From assembly GCA_040002895.1 (NCBI GenBank), contig JBDUDP010000005.1, forward strand, positions 3,110-67,109: 64,000 bases of DNA. The letters run 5' to 3'. Of the stretch, positions 52,542-62,905 are shown piece by piece (the first letter of the stretch is position 1; each line of letters begins with the position of its first letter). This stretch comes from Gemmatimonadota bacterium. GTDB taxonomy: Bacteria; Gemmatimonadota; Gemmatimonadetes; Gemmatimonadales; GWC2-71-9. Position numbers and translations under genes: made by a program. The notes below the pieces were generated by a model. It searched no databases, was not told the DNA's origin, and saw only the letters and a program-made list of their open reading frames with translations.

Positions 52542-53792
52542 TCAGCCAAACAATCCCACCCCACCGGTTCCCTCGAAGCCGGGGAAGACCGCCGCCAGAT
52601 CGGCGCCGCCGAGGTGACCGGTCAGCACCTCGCCAAACACGGCCCGGAAATCCGTCGTGACGGCGAGGTCACGGCCCTCGTAGCGCGCCTCGGGGGCGAG
52701 CGTCGGCCAGCGACCATATACCTTGCCGCCGCGCACGTCGCCGCCGATGACCATCATCGCGGTGCCATGGCCATGATCGGTGCCGCCGGTACCATTCTCC
52801 TTCACCGTCCGACCGAACTCGCTCATCGTGACCACGACCACATCGCGCATCTTCTCACCGAGGTCGGCCGTGAAGGCGCCGAGGGCACCGCCGAGTTCGT
52901 CGAGCCGGGTGGCGAGCTGGCCCTGATCGGCACCCTGATTCACGTGGGTATCCCAGCCGCCGACATCGGCAAACGCCACCTGCATGCCGAGGTCGGCTTT
53001 GATGAGCTGCGCGATCTGCTGCATGGATTGGCCGAGCTTGCCGCGTGGGTACTGGGCCCCGTTGGCCGGTGCCAGACCGGTGGGGTTGGCCGCTTTGAGC
53101 ATCTTGATGGCCTCGAACCCTTCCGCCGAGGATGAGGCCACCAGTCCGGTCGCCGCGCCCTCGTACAGTGATTCGAAGGCACGGGTGAGCCGCTGCTCGC
53201 CCTCGGCGCGAGAGGCGCGCATGCCGAAGGTGCGCAGGTCGTCGATGGCCAGCGCGGGGGCGCTGCCCGCCAGGGTACGCGGCAACTGAGGGCCGAAGGC
53301 CACCGCGCGAAACGGCGTCTCGGTGTGCTCGCGGGCGTGGGAGCAGTAGCGGTTGGCCCAGCCATCGGGCGTGCTTTTCCGGTCGGGCGTGCCGCTTTCC
53401 ATGTAGTCCTGGGCATCGAAGTGCGACCGGGTGGTCGACGGCGATCCCACCGCGTGCACGATGGCGAGTGCGCGTTGCTCCCAGAGCGGCTTGAGCGCGG
53501 CAAGGCGCGGGTGCAGGGCAAACATCCCATCGAGTGAGATGAGCTGTTCGCGGGGCAGGGCAATCCGTTGACGCTCCTGCCAGTACCATTGGTCGCCGGC
53601 GGGGACGATCATCGAGAGGCCGTCCACGGCGCCGCGCTGAAAGAGGCAGACCAGCGTCTTCTTGCCGGCGAGGCCACGGCGCAGGTCGCCGAGGGCATAG
53701 GCGGCGCGGTCGAGGAAGAGCGGGTCGGCGCCAAGGGAGACCATGGCGAGGCTGCCGGCCTGAATGAAGGCGCGTCGGGAGATGGGCATCAT
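52542..53792 (-). CDS. DUF1501 domain protein (Tat-exported, sulfatase/alkaline-phosphatase-like fold)
   Basis: Twin-arginine signal 'MMPISRRAFIQAGSLAMV'. Hallmark 'VVVTMSEFGRTVKENGTGGTDHGHG'. Confidence 0.85.
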   Translation of the reverse strand: MMPISRRAFIQAGSLAMVSLGADPLFLDRAAYALGDLRRGLAGKKTLVCLFQRGAVDGLSMIVPAGDQWYWQERQRIALPREQLISLDGMFALHPRLAALKPLWEQRALAIVHAVGSPSTTRSHFDAQDYMESGTPDRKSTPDGWANRYCSHAREHTETPFRAVAFGPQLPRTLAGSAPALAIDDLRTFGMRASRAEGEQRLTRAFESLYEGAATGLVASSSAEGFEAIKMLKAANPTGLAPANGAQYPRGKLGQSMQQIAQLIKADLGMQVAFADVGGWDTHVNQGADQGQLATRLDELGGALGAFTADLGEKMRDVVVVTMSEFGRTVKENGTGGTDHGHGTAMMVIGGDVRGGKVYGRWPTLAPEARYEGRDLAVTTDFRAVFGEVLTGHLGGADLAAVFPGFEGTGGVGLFG

Positions 53793-55501
53793 TGTCTCTG
53801 GAATTCGGGACCGCCCAGCGCCAATCCTACCGCGAGCGCGCGGGCCTCTCGGGGGTTGCCGATGTCACCGAGCTCGCGGAGGATGGTCTCCCGCGTGTGG
53901 GCGGACATCTGGCCATTGAGGAAGGTGGCGTCGACCGCCTCCACCAGCGCCGCGTGGTCCGCCGTCGCGGGCAGGATCCGATCGAGGTCGACGCGGACCC
54001 CGGGCAGCCGTCCAGACGCCAGCGCCACCGCGAAGTTCATGCGCGCCAACAGGGCACCGCTGTTGACCCAGTCCATCTGCGCTTCGGGGTAGCCGTTCGG
54101 CGTGGTCATCTGGAAGAGCGGCTGACCGAGTCGCGACAGTTGCTGCGCCAACCGGGGTGTGCTGTCGGTCTCGCCGCCGACCGCACGCACCGCACTCACC
54201 ACGAATTCCAACGGCGTCTTGACCTTGCTCTGGACGTTGGCCCCCGTCCAGAAATCGGGCGACGCGATGATCGCGCGCATCACCTCGCGGATGTCGCCGT
54301 TGGTTCGCTTCCACGCGCGCACCGCATCATCGACGCAGCCATCGGGTGGGTCATCGGCCACAAAGCGTGCGCACAGCTGGGCGCTGATGTGGTGCATCGT
54401 GGCAGGCTGATCGGCCAGCAGCTGCAACAGGCGAATGCCTTCGTCCTCCCCGTGGCCCGCCGGGAAATCCACCCCGAGCACCGACTTGGCGCCGCGATCG
54501 TGCGCGGCCGCCAGGAAGCGGAACTCGTAATTGCTGCGTCGGTCCATGCCCCAGCCGGTGAGGATCCGTGCCACATTGCCGACGTCGGCCTGGGTGTAGC
54601 CCCCGTCGACGCCCAAGGTGTGGAGTTCCATGAGCTCGCGGGCGTAGTTCTCATTGATCCCCTTCGGCATGCGCTGGCGGATGCGTTCCATGACGCTCGG
54701 GTCCACCTGACGCGCGCCCGCCTGTCCTGCACGGGGGAGGGGCTGGCGACGCTGACGACCATTGAACATGCTGCCGCGCGAGGCCGCGGGAGCGCGGGCG
54801 CTTCGTCCGCCCGTGGCAACCGCGAGCATGTCGGTCCCAGCGGCAACGCTCTCGACGTTGTCGAGGTAGAACAGCATGGCCGGACTCTTGGCCGTGGCCA
54901 GCAACAGGTCGCCGAAGCGTGCGAAGACATTGGGGCGGATGGTGTGTTCGAGATAGTCGGCGAAGTAGGCACGATCGAAGCCCTTGCCGATGAACACGTT
55001 GAAATGGTTGGTCCAGAAGTCGGCGAGCACCTCGGCCAGCTGACGATCGGAATCGACTGCTCGCAGGAGCGTGACGCTCACGAGGTCGGCGTTGAGGTCG
55101 CGCAATTCCTTCTTCCCGCCGGTCGCGCGTTGCGTCCGGAGCTCTGCCTGGGACATGGCGGCGCGCATCGAATCGGCGCCACCGGCCTGCGCCTTGAGGG
55201 CCTTGGCGATCTGGTCGGTGTGCATCGCCACCATGTCGCGGACCGGTGTGGTCAGCACCGCGAAGGCCGCCTCTCGCGGGCGGAGGGCCGGGTCCTGGGG
55301 GTCGCGGTACGCGAGCTCGCGATCGATCCAATGCTGCACTCCCTCCTTGGCGACGGCCGCGACCTCGCCCGGCGATGCGCCATAGGCAAGCCGGTTGAGG
55401 ACGTGACGGGCTGAATCGGTGGGGGTCAGCGCGGTCTGCGCGGCGGCGGGCGCTTTGACGAACAGGGCGAGAGTCGCCGCGGCGAGGAGGTGTCTGGTCA
55501 T
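53789..55501 (-). CDS. DUF1800 domain protein (exported)
   Basis: The internal Met at 55501 gives the signal 'MTRHLLAAATLALFVKAPAAAQ', followed by 'HVLNRLAYGASPGE', 'FWTNHFNV' and 'ELHTLGVDGGYTQ.DV', typical of DUF1800. ATGA overlap with DUF1501. Confidence 0.8.
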   Translation of the reverse strand: MTRHLLAAATLALFVKAPAAAQTALTPTDSARHVLNRLAYGASPGEVAAVAKEGVQHWIDRELAYRDPQDPALRPREAAFAVLTTPVRDMVAMHTDQIAKALKAQAGGADSMRAAMSQAELRTQRATGGKKELRDLNADLVSVTLLRAVDSDRQLAEVLADFWTNHFNVFIGKGFDRAYFADYLEHTIRPNVFARFGDLLLATAKSPAMLFYLDNVESVAAGTDMLAVATGGRSARAPAASRGSMFNGRQRRQPLPRAGQAGARQVDPSVMERIRQRMPKGINENYARELMELHTLGVDGGYTQADVGNVARILTGWGMDRRSNYEFRFLAAAHDRGAKSVLGVDFPAGHGEDEGIRLLQLLADQPATMHHISAQLCARFVADDPPDGCVDDAVRAWKRTNGDIREVMRAIIASPDFWTGANVQSKVKTPLEFVVSAVRAVGGETDSTPRLAQQLSRLGQPLFQMTTPNGYPEAQMDWVNSGALLARMNFAVALASGRLPGVRVDLDRILPATADHAALVEAVDATFLNGQMSAHTRETILRELGDIGNPREARALAVGLALGGPEFQRQ

Positions 55502-55657
55502 GCTCTGGAGACGGATGCCGGTCACGAGGGTTAAGCACACCGCGAGAAGTGACCCCGCAACCTTTGCCGGGGTCTGGCGCGTATAGCTAACTTGTGCGCG
55601 TTCCAGGGGCCCTCGGGCACCCATTCGCCCGTTGTCCTCACCCGTGCCCCGACCGTC

Positions 55658-56470
55658 ATGCTCCCATTCCGGCGCCTGCTGCGTCGCACCATTCAGGCTG
55701 TCGCCCTCCTCCCCGTGCTGGCCGGTTGTTCGGCGGTGGGGCTCGAGCTGCCGAACTATGGCTTCTATGGCTTCGCTCCCCGTCCTGATGGGGCGAAGCT
55801 CAAGATGCTCACGGTCTCGGAACGGGCCGTGAGTATCGTCGGCGACCCCCCTGCCCAACTCGGGGAAGCCGCCTTCCAGCTCGACACGGTAATGGTGGGC
55901 GGGCAGCAGGCCTGGCTGCTCACGCGCCAGCGTTCCGGGCAGGCGGTCCTCGATCGGTCCGACAGTATCTGGCTCGATCGCTGGACGCTGAAGCCGATCG
56001 CCACGTGGGGTTCGTTCAGCGACGTGCAGATCCGCCAGTACTTCAATCGGCGGTCGGTGGTGACCGAACGGATCACGTCCAAGGGGCGGCGGTCGCGCGC
56101 GCGGATCCTGCTCGACGCGGAACCCTATGCAGAGCCGGGTATCGAGCTGGTGATGGCGACCATGCCGCTGAGCGAGAACTACAACGGCGCCCTGCCGCTG
56201 GTCCTCACTCGGCGGCCCACGGAGTTGCACTGGCTCCGCTTCCGTGTGGCCCAGAAAGTCTTCATGCCGGGCGACAACGGGTCGTTGCGGGCGACTTGGG
56301 TGGTCGAAGGCGACATCGACGGGGTCCTGCGACGCTACTGGGTGGACGCCGACGATCGTACGGTCGTGAAATGGGAGGAGCCGGGTCCGGACGGTGCGAC
56401 GGTGCGCTGGATTCGGGGTCGCTCGATGCCGCGCCTGCAGACATTTGAGGTCGAGCGCATCGGCAACTAG
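55658..56470 (+). CDS. Hypothetical lipoprotein
   Basis: Met23 of ORF 55592..56470 gives 'MLPFRRLLRRTIQAVALLPVLAGC', a lipobox. GC3-rich codon usage. The product is beta-rich and no family was recognised. Confidence 0.5.
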   Translation: MLPFRRLLRRTIQAVALLPVLAGCSAVGLELPNYGFYGFAPRPDGAKLKMLTVSERAVSIVGDPPAQLGEAAFQLDTVMVGGQQAWLLTRQRSGQAVLDRSDSIWLDRWTLKPIATWGSFSDVQIRQYFNRRSVVTERITSKGRRSRARILLDAEPYAEPGIELVMATMPLSENYNGALPLVLTRRPTELHWLRFRVAQKVFMPGDNGSLRATWVVEGDIDGVLRRYWVDADDRTVVKWEEPGPDGATVRWIRGRSMPRLQTFEVERIGN

Positions 56471-57294
56471 ACGGCGAGCAGACCGCGCAGTGTGGTGACG
56501 GCGAGACCGGAGAGCTGCACCCGACTCGACGTGACCGTGCAGCGGAGGGTGCCGCCTCGCGGTGAGGCCTGCCGCGCGACGAGCGTGCTGGTGCCCAGGA
56601 CATCCTCCCAATACGGCGCCAACGCGCAGTGCGCCGAGCCGGTTACTGGATCCTCGGGAATTCCCAGCCGGGGGAAGAAGCAGCGCGAGACGAAATCGAT
56701 GTCCGGGGTGTCGCCCGCCGCGGTGACGATGATGCCACGCACATCGAGGGTGGCCAAGAGTCGCTGGTCGGGCTTCAAGTCTCTCACCGCCCGCGCGCTT
56801 TCCACTACACAGAGCAGGTCGAAGTCGCCGAGCAGCACACTGCGCGGGGTCACGCCGAGCGCCTGCGCCAGCGTGGGAGGCGCGGGGATCAACGCCGACC
56901 GGATCGCGGGGAGGTCGATCATGATCCAGCCGTCCGCATCCCGTGACGCGGTCAGCAGCCCGCTGCGAGTGTGAAATCTCGCCTCCGCGTCCAGTGCGAG
57001 GTGACCACCCTCCCAGAGAAAATGTGCCGCGGCGAGCGTGGCGTGACCACAGAGGTCGACCTCGGCCGCGGGCGTGAACCAGCGCAGCGCATAGCCGTCG
57101 TCGCGTGGCACCAGATACGCGGTCTCCGCCTGATTCATCTCCATGGCGAGCTGCTGCATCCACTGCGGGTCGGCCGGTTCAGCGAGCAGCACGATCGCCG
57201 CCGGGTTGCCCGTAAAGGGCCCGGCGGCGAACGCGTCGATCAGATGGAGCGGTCGTTGGCCGGCGTTCAGGGCTTGACCTTGCTGCTCAGCCAT
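56467..57294 (-). CDS. PhzF family isomerase-like protein
   Basis: 'LHLIDAFAAGPFTGNPAAIVLL', 'AQEMN.AETAYL', 'RWFTP..EV.LCGHATLA' and 'VTGSAHCAL.PYW'. Confidence 0.85.
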   Translation of the reverse strand: MAEQQGQALNAGQRPLHLIDAFAAGPFTGNPAAIVLLAEPADPQWMQQLAMEMNQAETAYLVPRDDGYALRWFTPAAEVDLCGHATLAAAHFLWEGGHLALDAEARFHTRSGLLTASRDADGWIMIDLPAIRSALIPAPPTLAQALGVTPRSVLLGDFDLLCVVESARAVRDLKPDQRLLATLDVRGIIVTAAGDTPDIDFVSRCFFPRLGIPEDPVTGSAHCALAPYWEDVLGTSTLVARQASPRGGTLRCTVTSSRVQLSGLAVTTLRGLLAV

Positions 57295-59171
57295 GCCGTG
57301 CGGAACGCCAGCTGTGCGGCACTCGGCGTGCGACCGGCGTCCTCGAAGGTCACCACTTGCACGGCGGGATTCGTGGCAACGGTGAGGACGGCATCGCGGC
57401 GACCGGCGCGTCCCTCGAAGCTCACCGTCATCCGTTCTCCCACCTTGTGGCCTGCGATGGCAGATGCGAGGACGGAGTCGGCCGAGATGTCCTTGCCATC
57501 AACAGAGAGGATGCGGTCGCCCGTCTCGAGTCCGGCGGCGTACACGGGCGTGCCAATGAGCACCGACGACGCGATGGTGTAGCCGGAGCCGGCTGGCGGT
57601 GCGCCTTGCGTCCCGCGCCCGCCGCGCCCGCCACCACCACCACCAACCGGGAACCCGATCCAGGGAGCGTCCGGTTGCGACAGTCGCACCAGCATGCCCG
57701 CGGGTTCCAGCAGTGCGTTGTAGTCGGGAAGCTCGTGCCCGTCGACATAGCGAGCCCAGAAGGTGTTGGCCCAGGCGGTGTCGCCCGCCACGCCGCCGAG
57801 GATCCGGCGGGCATCGGTGAGGGTGTAGGCGATCTCGGGCTTGCCCTGGTGGAGCCAGAGCGCGCGCATGTAGTCATCGAGCGACTTGCCGTGCGCGCGA
57901 AGCGAAAGATCAAGCGCCAGCGCGATACCCGCGCCGTAGGTGTAGTACGAGATGAAGTTATTGGCGGTGTTCTGCTGGTCGATCGACACGCCGGCATCCT
58001 GGAAGACCGCCTGCTGGCTCATCTGGATCGGGCCGAAGATTCGGCGACCGGGGGAGTTGGTGATGTTGTTGATGGTGCCGCCGAGCCCGCGCGGGAAGTT
58101 GGCGACCGGGAGCAGCCCCGCGCGCGTCATCACCAACGGCCCGTAGTACTGCGTGAATCCCTCGGCGATCCAGAGCGCGTCCGACATGTTGGCGCGGTCG
58201 TAATCGAACGGTTCAAGGGTGGCGGGGCGAATGCGCTTGACGTTCCAGGTATGGAAGAACTCGTGGGAGACCGTGCCGAGCGGCCCGTTGCCGTTGTCGC
58301 CCATGCTGTTGCTGCTGGTCACGCTGGTGGAGTTGCGGTGCTCCATGCCGTCGCCGCTGCAGCTGGGTCGATAGCAGCCCACAAAGGTGTAGCTGCCGTA
58401 GTCGAACGCGGGGAGTTCACCAAAAACTGCCGCCGCTTCGCGCACGATCTTCGCTGCGCCCTCGGCGTAGGTATCGATGGACGAAGCGGGAGCGGGGTCG
58501 TCGACCGCGACGCGGATGGTCTGGGTTCGGCCGCCGCTCGTCTCCTGCCATTGCCGCCACTGGATGGCGCCGAGATGCGTCGGCGAATCAAAGAAGTACT
58601 GCATGCCGGGCGCGGTGAAGGTCTCGCCCTGCGTGTCGCCCACCAGCTGCGTGGCCACCGTCCAGCTTGGATCGGGCTTGTGGATCCGGAGCGTGATTGG
58701 ACGCGCCTCGAGGCCGCGGGCATACATGAAGGTGCCCTGCGGTTGGATATGCGCTTGCACCAGATCGAAACCGGAATAGGTGCCATCGGCGCGATTCGCG
58801 AAGAGGGTGTAGCGCAGCGTGACCGTGCCGTCGTGACCGCTCACGTCCCAACCGTAGGGGTCGGGCCGGGTGACGCGCAGCGCGCGGCCCTTGGAGTCGA
58901 CCGCCTTGACGTCATACACGTTCTTGGCGTACTCGTGCAGGGCATATCGCCCAGTGGAGGAGCGGGCCATGCGGGCATGCAGGGTACCGGCCGGAAGCGC
59001 GCTAAAGGTCGCGGTGACTTCGGCCTCGTGATGCACGGCATTGGGGAAGGCGATCTCGTAGTGGATCGCTGCGCCCTTGTTGCCTTGCGCAATCGGACGC
59101 AGCTGGGCCGAGGCGGGTATCGCGAGCAGGGCGGACAGTAGCAGGGTCAGCGGGAGCGGACGTACGCGCAT
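57267..59171 (-). CDS. M61 glycyl aminopeptidase with C-terminal PDZ domain (secreted)
   Basis: 'SHEFFHTWNVKRIRP' and 'EGFT.YY'. PDZ 'LETGDRILSVDGKDI'. The ATG at 59171 is preceded by AGGAG 8 nt upstream and gives the signal 'MRVRPLPLTLLLSALLAIPASA'. Confidence 0.85.
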   Translation of the reverse strand: MRVRPLPLTLLLSALLAIPASAQLRPIAQGNKGAAIHYEIAFPNAVHHEAEVTATFSALPAGTLHARMARSSTGRYALHEYAKNVYDVKAVDSKGRALRVTRPDPYGWDVSGHDGTVTLRYTLFANRADGTYSGFDLVQAHIQPQGTFMYARGLEARPITLRIHKPDPSWTVATQLVGDTQGETFTAPGMQYFFDSPTHLGAIQWRQWQETSGGRTQTIRVAVDDPAPASSIDTYAEGAAKIVREAAAVFGELPAFDYGSYTFVGCYRPSCSGDGMEHRNSTSVTSSNSMGDNGNGPLGTVSHEFFHTWNVKRIRPATLEPFDYDRANMSDALWIAEGFTQYYGPLVMTRAGLLPVANFPRGLGGTINNITNSPGRRIFGPIQMSQQAVFQDAGVSIDQQNTANNFISYYTYGAGIALALDLSLRAHGKSLDDYMRALWLHQGKPEIAYTLTDARRILGGVAGDTAWANTFWARYVDGHELPDYNALLEPAGMLVRLSQPDAPWIGFPVGGGGGGRGGRGTQGAPPAGSGYTIASSVLIGTPVYAAGLETGDRILSVDGKDISADSVLASAIAGHKVGERMTVSFEGRAGRRDAVLTVATNPAVQVVTFEDAGRTPSAAQLAFRTAWLSSKVKP

Positions 59172-59184
59172 CGGGGTGATCTCC

Positions 59185-60156
59185 TCAGGAATCAGCATAG
59201 TGACAAGCGACCTCTCGGTCTCCGATCGTACGGAGCTGGGGGCGCTCGGAGTTGCAACGACCGTCGCGCTGCGGGTGGAAGCAGCGCGGGGCGAAGGGAC
59301 AGCCGGGTGGCGGGGCCGCGGGCGACGGCGGTTCGCCCTCCAGGACGATCCGGCTGCGTCCGCTGGTCGGGTCGGGATCAGGCACCGCCGACACCAGGGC
59401 TTGGGTATAGGGATGCCTCGGCGTGCTGATCACCGAGCGCGCGGGGCCGACCTCGACGATGGTGCCGAGGTACATCACCGCGATTCGGTGGGCGACCTGC
59501 TGGACCACCGCGAGGTCGTGGGCGATGAACAGGTAGGCGAGTTGGCGACGATCGCGCAGGTCGAGCAGCAGGTTCAGCACCTGCGCCTGCACGGAGACGT
59601 CGAGGGCGGAGACCGGTTCGTCGCACACCACGAACCGCGGCTCCACCGCCAGCGCACGCGCGATGCCGACGCGCTGGCGTTGGCCGCCGGAGAACTCATG
59701 CGGGTAGCGCGAGGCGTACGAAGCGTCGAGTCCGACCTCGGCGAGCAGTTGCGCCACCCGATCGGGCAGTTCCGCCTTGGTGGCCAGGCGGTGGATCACC
59801 AACCCCTCCGCGACGGAATCGCCGATCGTGCGGCGCGGGTTCAAGGCACCGAGCGGGTCCTGAAAGACGATCTGCATGCGACGCCGGGTGGCACGCATGG
59901 TGGCAGGGTCGAGCGAGGCGAGGTCGTGGCCCTCGAAGCGCACGACGCCGGCCGTGGGTGGCTCGAGACGCAGCACCGCGCGTCCCACCGTGCTCTTGCC
60001 GCTCCCCGACTCGCCCACCAGCCCCAGCGTCTCGCCCGGAGCGATGCTGAAGGAGACGCCATCGACCGCTTTGACCGGCGGTGTGCTGCGCGAGAGGAAA
60101 CCCCCGCTGTGATAGTGCTTCACGAGGCCTTCGACCGACAGCAACGGGGTGGTCAT
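59185..60156 (-). CDS. Oligopeptide/dipeptide ABC transporter ATP-binding protein (OppF/DppF type)
   Basis: Walker A 'GESGSGKST', 'SGGQRQR', 'VCDEPVSALD', and a C-terminal oligopeptide-ABC extension with 'CPFAPRC'. Confidence 0.9.
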   Translation of the reverse strand: MTTPLLSVEGLVKHYHSGGFLSRSTPPVKAVDGVSFSIAPGETLGLVGESGSGKSTVGRAVLRLEPPTAGVVRFEGHDLASLDPATMRATRRRMQIVFQDPLGALNPRRTIGDSVAEGLVIHRLATKAELPDRVAQLLAEVGLDASYASRYPHEFSGGQRQRVGIARALAVEPRFVVCDEPVSALDVSVQAQVLNLLLDLRDRRQLAYLFIAHDLAVVQQVAHRIAVMYLGTIVEVGPARSVISTPRHPYTQALVSAVPDPDPTSGRSRIVLEGEPPSPAAPPPGCPFAPRCFHPQRDGRCNSERPQLRTIGDREVACHYADS

Positions 60157-61133
60157 TCGACGGCTCCGGTCGCAACCCAGCAGGCGACGTCATGACCAGG
60201 CGTGAGTGCCTCGAGTGGCGGTTGCGCGGTGCTGCACTTGGCGATCGCGAGCGGGCAGCGCGGGTGGAATCGGCATCCGCTGGGCCATTGATCGGGCGGG
60301 GGGACCGTACCCGGAATCGGGGTGAGTCGCGCCGCTGTCGCCTCGAGGCGTGGAATCGACGCGAACAGTCCGCGGGTATACGGGTGGGCCGGCGCCGCGA
60401 AGAGTGCCGCAGTTGGTGCGCTCTCGACGACCCGGCCGGCGTACATCACCAGCACACGATCGGCGCGACCCGCGACGATCCCGAGGTCGTGGGTAATCAG
60501 GAGCACCGCCATGCCTCGGGCGCGACGAAGCGCGTCGAGCAGCTCGAGCATCTGGGCCTGAACCGTGACGTCGAGCGCGGTGGTCGGTTCATCGGCAATC
60601 AGCAGGTCGGGTTCCCCGGCCAAGGCAATGGCGAGCATGACACGCTGGCGCATGCCACCGCTGAGTTGGTGCGGATAGGCATCGACACGGGTGGCCGGGT
60701 CGGCGATGCCGACTTCGGTGAGCAGCGCCACGGCGCGCGCGCGGGCCTGACTCGCGCCGATTTTGGCGTGGGCTGTAATCGCTTCGCTGATCTGCGCGCC
60801 GATGCGCATGACCGGATTGAGCGACGACATCGGGTCCTGGAACACCATCGCGATCCGGCGGCCGCGCACGGCGCGGAGCTCGGGCTCGCTGGCGCCGGCG
60901 AGGTCACTGCCGGCGAAGCGGATACGGGTGCGTTTACCCAGCGTGGCGTTGGCAGGCAGGAGCCGCGGAATCGCGAGTCCGGTGAGCGTCTTGCCGCAAC
61001 CCGATTCCCCGACGAGCGCGACGAGTTCTCCTTCCGCCACATGGAAACTCACGTCATCCACCGGCACGATGGCTGCGCCGTCCCGACGTGGGAACGCGAT
61101 CTGCAGGTGGTCGACTTCGAGCAGGGTCGTCAT
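60153..61133 (-). CDS. Oligopeptide/dipeptide ABC transporter ATP-binding protein (OppD/DppD type)
   Basis: 'GESGCGKT', 'LSGGMRQR', '[11 protein letters not shown]' and 'GCRFHPRC'. The start at Met50 ([10 protein letters not shown]) gives an ATGA overlap with the permease stop. Confidence 0.9.
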   Translation of the reverse strand: MTTLLEVDHLQIAFPRRDGAAIVPVDDVSFHVAEGELVALVGESGCGKTLTGLAIPRLLPANATLGKRTRIRFAGSDLAGASEPELRAVRGRRIAMVFQDPMSSLNPVMRIGAQISEAITAHAKIGASQARARAVALLTEVGIADPATRVDAYPHQLSGGMRQRVMLAIALAGEPDLLIADEPTTALDVTVQAQMLELLDALRRARGMAVLLITHDLGIVAGRADRVLVMYAGRVVESAPTAALFAAPAHPYTRGLFASIPRLEATAARLTPIPGTVPPPDQWPSGCRFHPRCPLAIAKCSTAQPPLEALTPGHDVACWVATGAVE

Positions 61134-61936
61134 CGGCTGTCGGGCTGGAGGGAGCGGCGCAGGGTCTCGCCGAGCAATGTGGCGGTCGAGGTCGCGAGGA
61201 CCAACCCTGCGGCAGGAAAGAACAGCAACCAGGGCGCCCGCCCCAGATATTCGCGCGCATCGAGCAACATGCCGCCCCATGAGGGCTCGGGGAGCGGGAG
61301 GCCGAGCCCGAGGAACGAGAGTCCCGCCTCAAGCAGGATGGCGTCGGCGACGCCGAGGGTCGCCGCCACCAACATCGGGGCGAGGGTTCCCGGGAAGATG
61401 TCGCGCAGCAGCACCCGTGCCGGTCGCGCGCCGAGGGCCCGTGCCGCGAGCACATAGGGCGCGTGCCGCAGCCGAAGGGTCTCGCCGCGGACGAGGCGTG
61501 CCATGCCCGGCCACCCGGTGAGGCCGATGACGACGGCAAGTACCGGGGTCGAGAGTCGGCCGGTGGCCGCGATCAGCACCAGCAGGACGATGACGCGCGG
61601 CAGGGCGAGGCCGACATCGATGAGTCGTCGCAACATGCCGCTGACGACGCCCTCGGTGCTTCCCGCCAGCAGCCCCAGGAGTGAGCCGATGGCCGTCGCC
61701 ACCATGACGGCGATGGCCGCGATGCCGAGCGAGTTCCGCGCGCCCCAGGCGAACCGGGCCAGCACGTCGCGTGCGAATTGATCGGTGCCGAGCCAGTGCG
61801 CCGCCGAGGGCGCGTGCAATGCCTCGGTGAGGAGATTCCCTTGTGCATAGGGGCTTCCCGCAAGCAGCGGTCCCAGGACGGCAATGAGGGCGAGGATCGA
61901 CAGCAGGGCGAAACCGGCACGCGTCGACGTAGTCAT
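61130..61936 (-). CDS. ABC transporter permease (OppC/DppC type)
   Basis: BPD_transp_1 pattern with the EAA-like loop 'YVLAARALGARPARVLLRDIFP'. The start at Met53 gives an ATGA overlap. Confidence 0.85.
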   Translation of the reverse strand: MTTSTRAGFALLSILALIAVLGPLLAGSPYAQGNLLTEALHAPSAAHWLGTDQFARDVLARFAWGARNSLGIAAIAVMVATAIGSLLGLLAGSTEGVVSGMLRRLIDVGLALPRVIVLLVLIAATGRLSTPVLAVVIGLTGWPGMARLVRGETLRLRHAPYVLAARALGARPARVLLRDIFPGTLAPMLVAATLGVADAILLEAGLSFLGLGLPLPEPSWGGMLLDAREYLGRAPWLLFFPAAGLVLATSTATLLGETLRRSLQPDSR

Positions 61937-62904
61937 GTGCTGCGCTGCACCGGGTCCACCACGCGATAGAGCAGGTCCGCGAGCAGAGAACCGAGTTGCA
62001 CTGCCACGACCAGGAGCAGCCCCGCGCCGACCACCAGCGGCACGTCGTGCGCCGCGGTGGCTTCGGCGATCAGCGCGCCCAGCCCGGGCCAAGCGAACAA
62101 CCCCTCAATGAAGACCGCGCCCGCCACCAGCATCGGGAGCCAGAGGCCGAACAGTGTCACGATTGGCGTGAGCGCGGGTCGCCAGCAATGCCGCCAGGCG
62201 ATCCGAGCGGGTGAGACACCGCGTGCGCGAGCCGCCTGCACCCAGGGCGCATTGACGATGCCCTGTACCGCCGCGCGCTGCTGCCGGATCGGCACGGCGA
62301 TGGTGGCGAGCACCATGGTCGCGAGTGGTAGGATGAGATGACGGATGCGATCGACGAGGACGCTCCACGCGCTGGCGTCGATCGGCAGCAGCACGTCGGA
62401 ACGTCCCGCCACCGGGAGCCACCCAAGACGGATGCCGAACAGCCAGACCAGCACCATTCCCGCGACGAACGAGGGCACGGCATAGCCGACGAGGGTGAGC
62501 GCACCGAGGGCACGGGCACGCCAGCTCCCCGGGTGCATCGCGGCCCACAATCCGAGCGCGAGTCCGAGGGTGAAATCGATCAGCAGGGTGAGGGCACCGA
62601 GGAGCAACGTCGGTCCGAGGCGTTCGAGCAGGACGGTGGTGACTGGGACGCCGCGCGTCATGGAGTAGCCGAGATCGCCATGCGAGAGGGCGCGGAAATA
62701 TTCCACCAGCTTGGCACCCATCGGGCGGTTGGTGCCCCATCGTTCGGTGAGGGCTGCGAGCTGCTCCGGTGTGACAGCACGATCGCCCAGCACCGCGGCG
62801 AGTGGGTCACCCGGCAGCGCGTGCACCAGCGCCACCAGCGCCACCGCCGCCAGCAGCGCCGTGAGCAGGCCATCGGCTCCGCGGCGGACGAGCCAGCCGC
62901 GCAC
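61933..62904 (-). CDS. ABC transporter permease (OppB/DppB type)
   Basis: N-terminal 'LVRR....L..LL.V..LVF.L..L.PGDP' and 'WVQAARARGVSPARIAWRH' (EAA loop). GTG start. Confidence 0.85.
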   Translation of the reverse strand: MRGWLVRRGADGLLTALLAAVALVALVHALPGDPLAAVLGDRAVTPEQLAALTERWGTNRPMGAKLVEYFRALSHGDLGYSMTRGVPVTTVLLERLGPTLLLGALTLLIDFTLGLALGLWAAMHPGSWRARALGALTLVGYAVPSFVAGMVLVWLFGIRLGWLPVAGRSDVLLPIDASAWSVLVDRIRHLILPLATMVLATIAVPIRQQRAAVQGIVNAPWVQAARARGVSPARIAWRHCWRPALTPIVTLFGLWLPMLVAGAVFIEGLFAWPGLGALIAEATAAHDVPLVVGAGLLLVVAVQLGSLLADLLYRVVDPVQRST

Positions 62905-62905
62905 G

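Noticed and set aside
55502-57163. N-terminal 554 codons of the 1124-aa ORF 53789..57163
   Set aside because: Only the part from the Met at 55501 looks like a protein (signal peptide plus DUF1800 motifs). The upstream part is Arg/Pro/His-rich. It overlaps a well-formed lipoprotein gene on the opposite strand and the PhzF gene in another frame.
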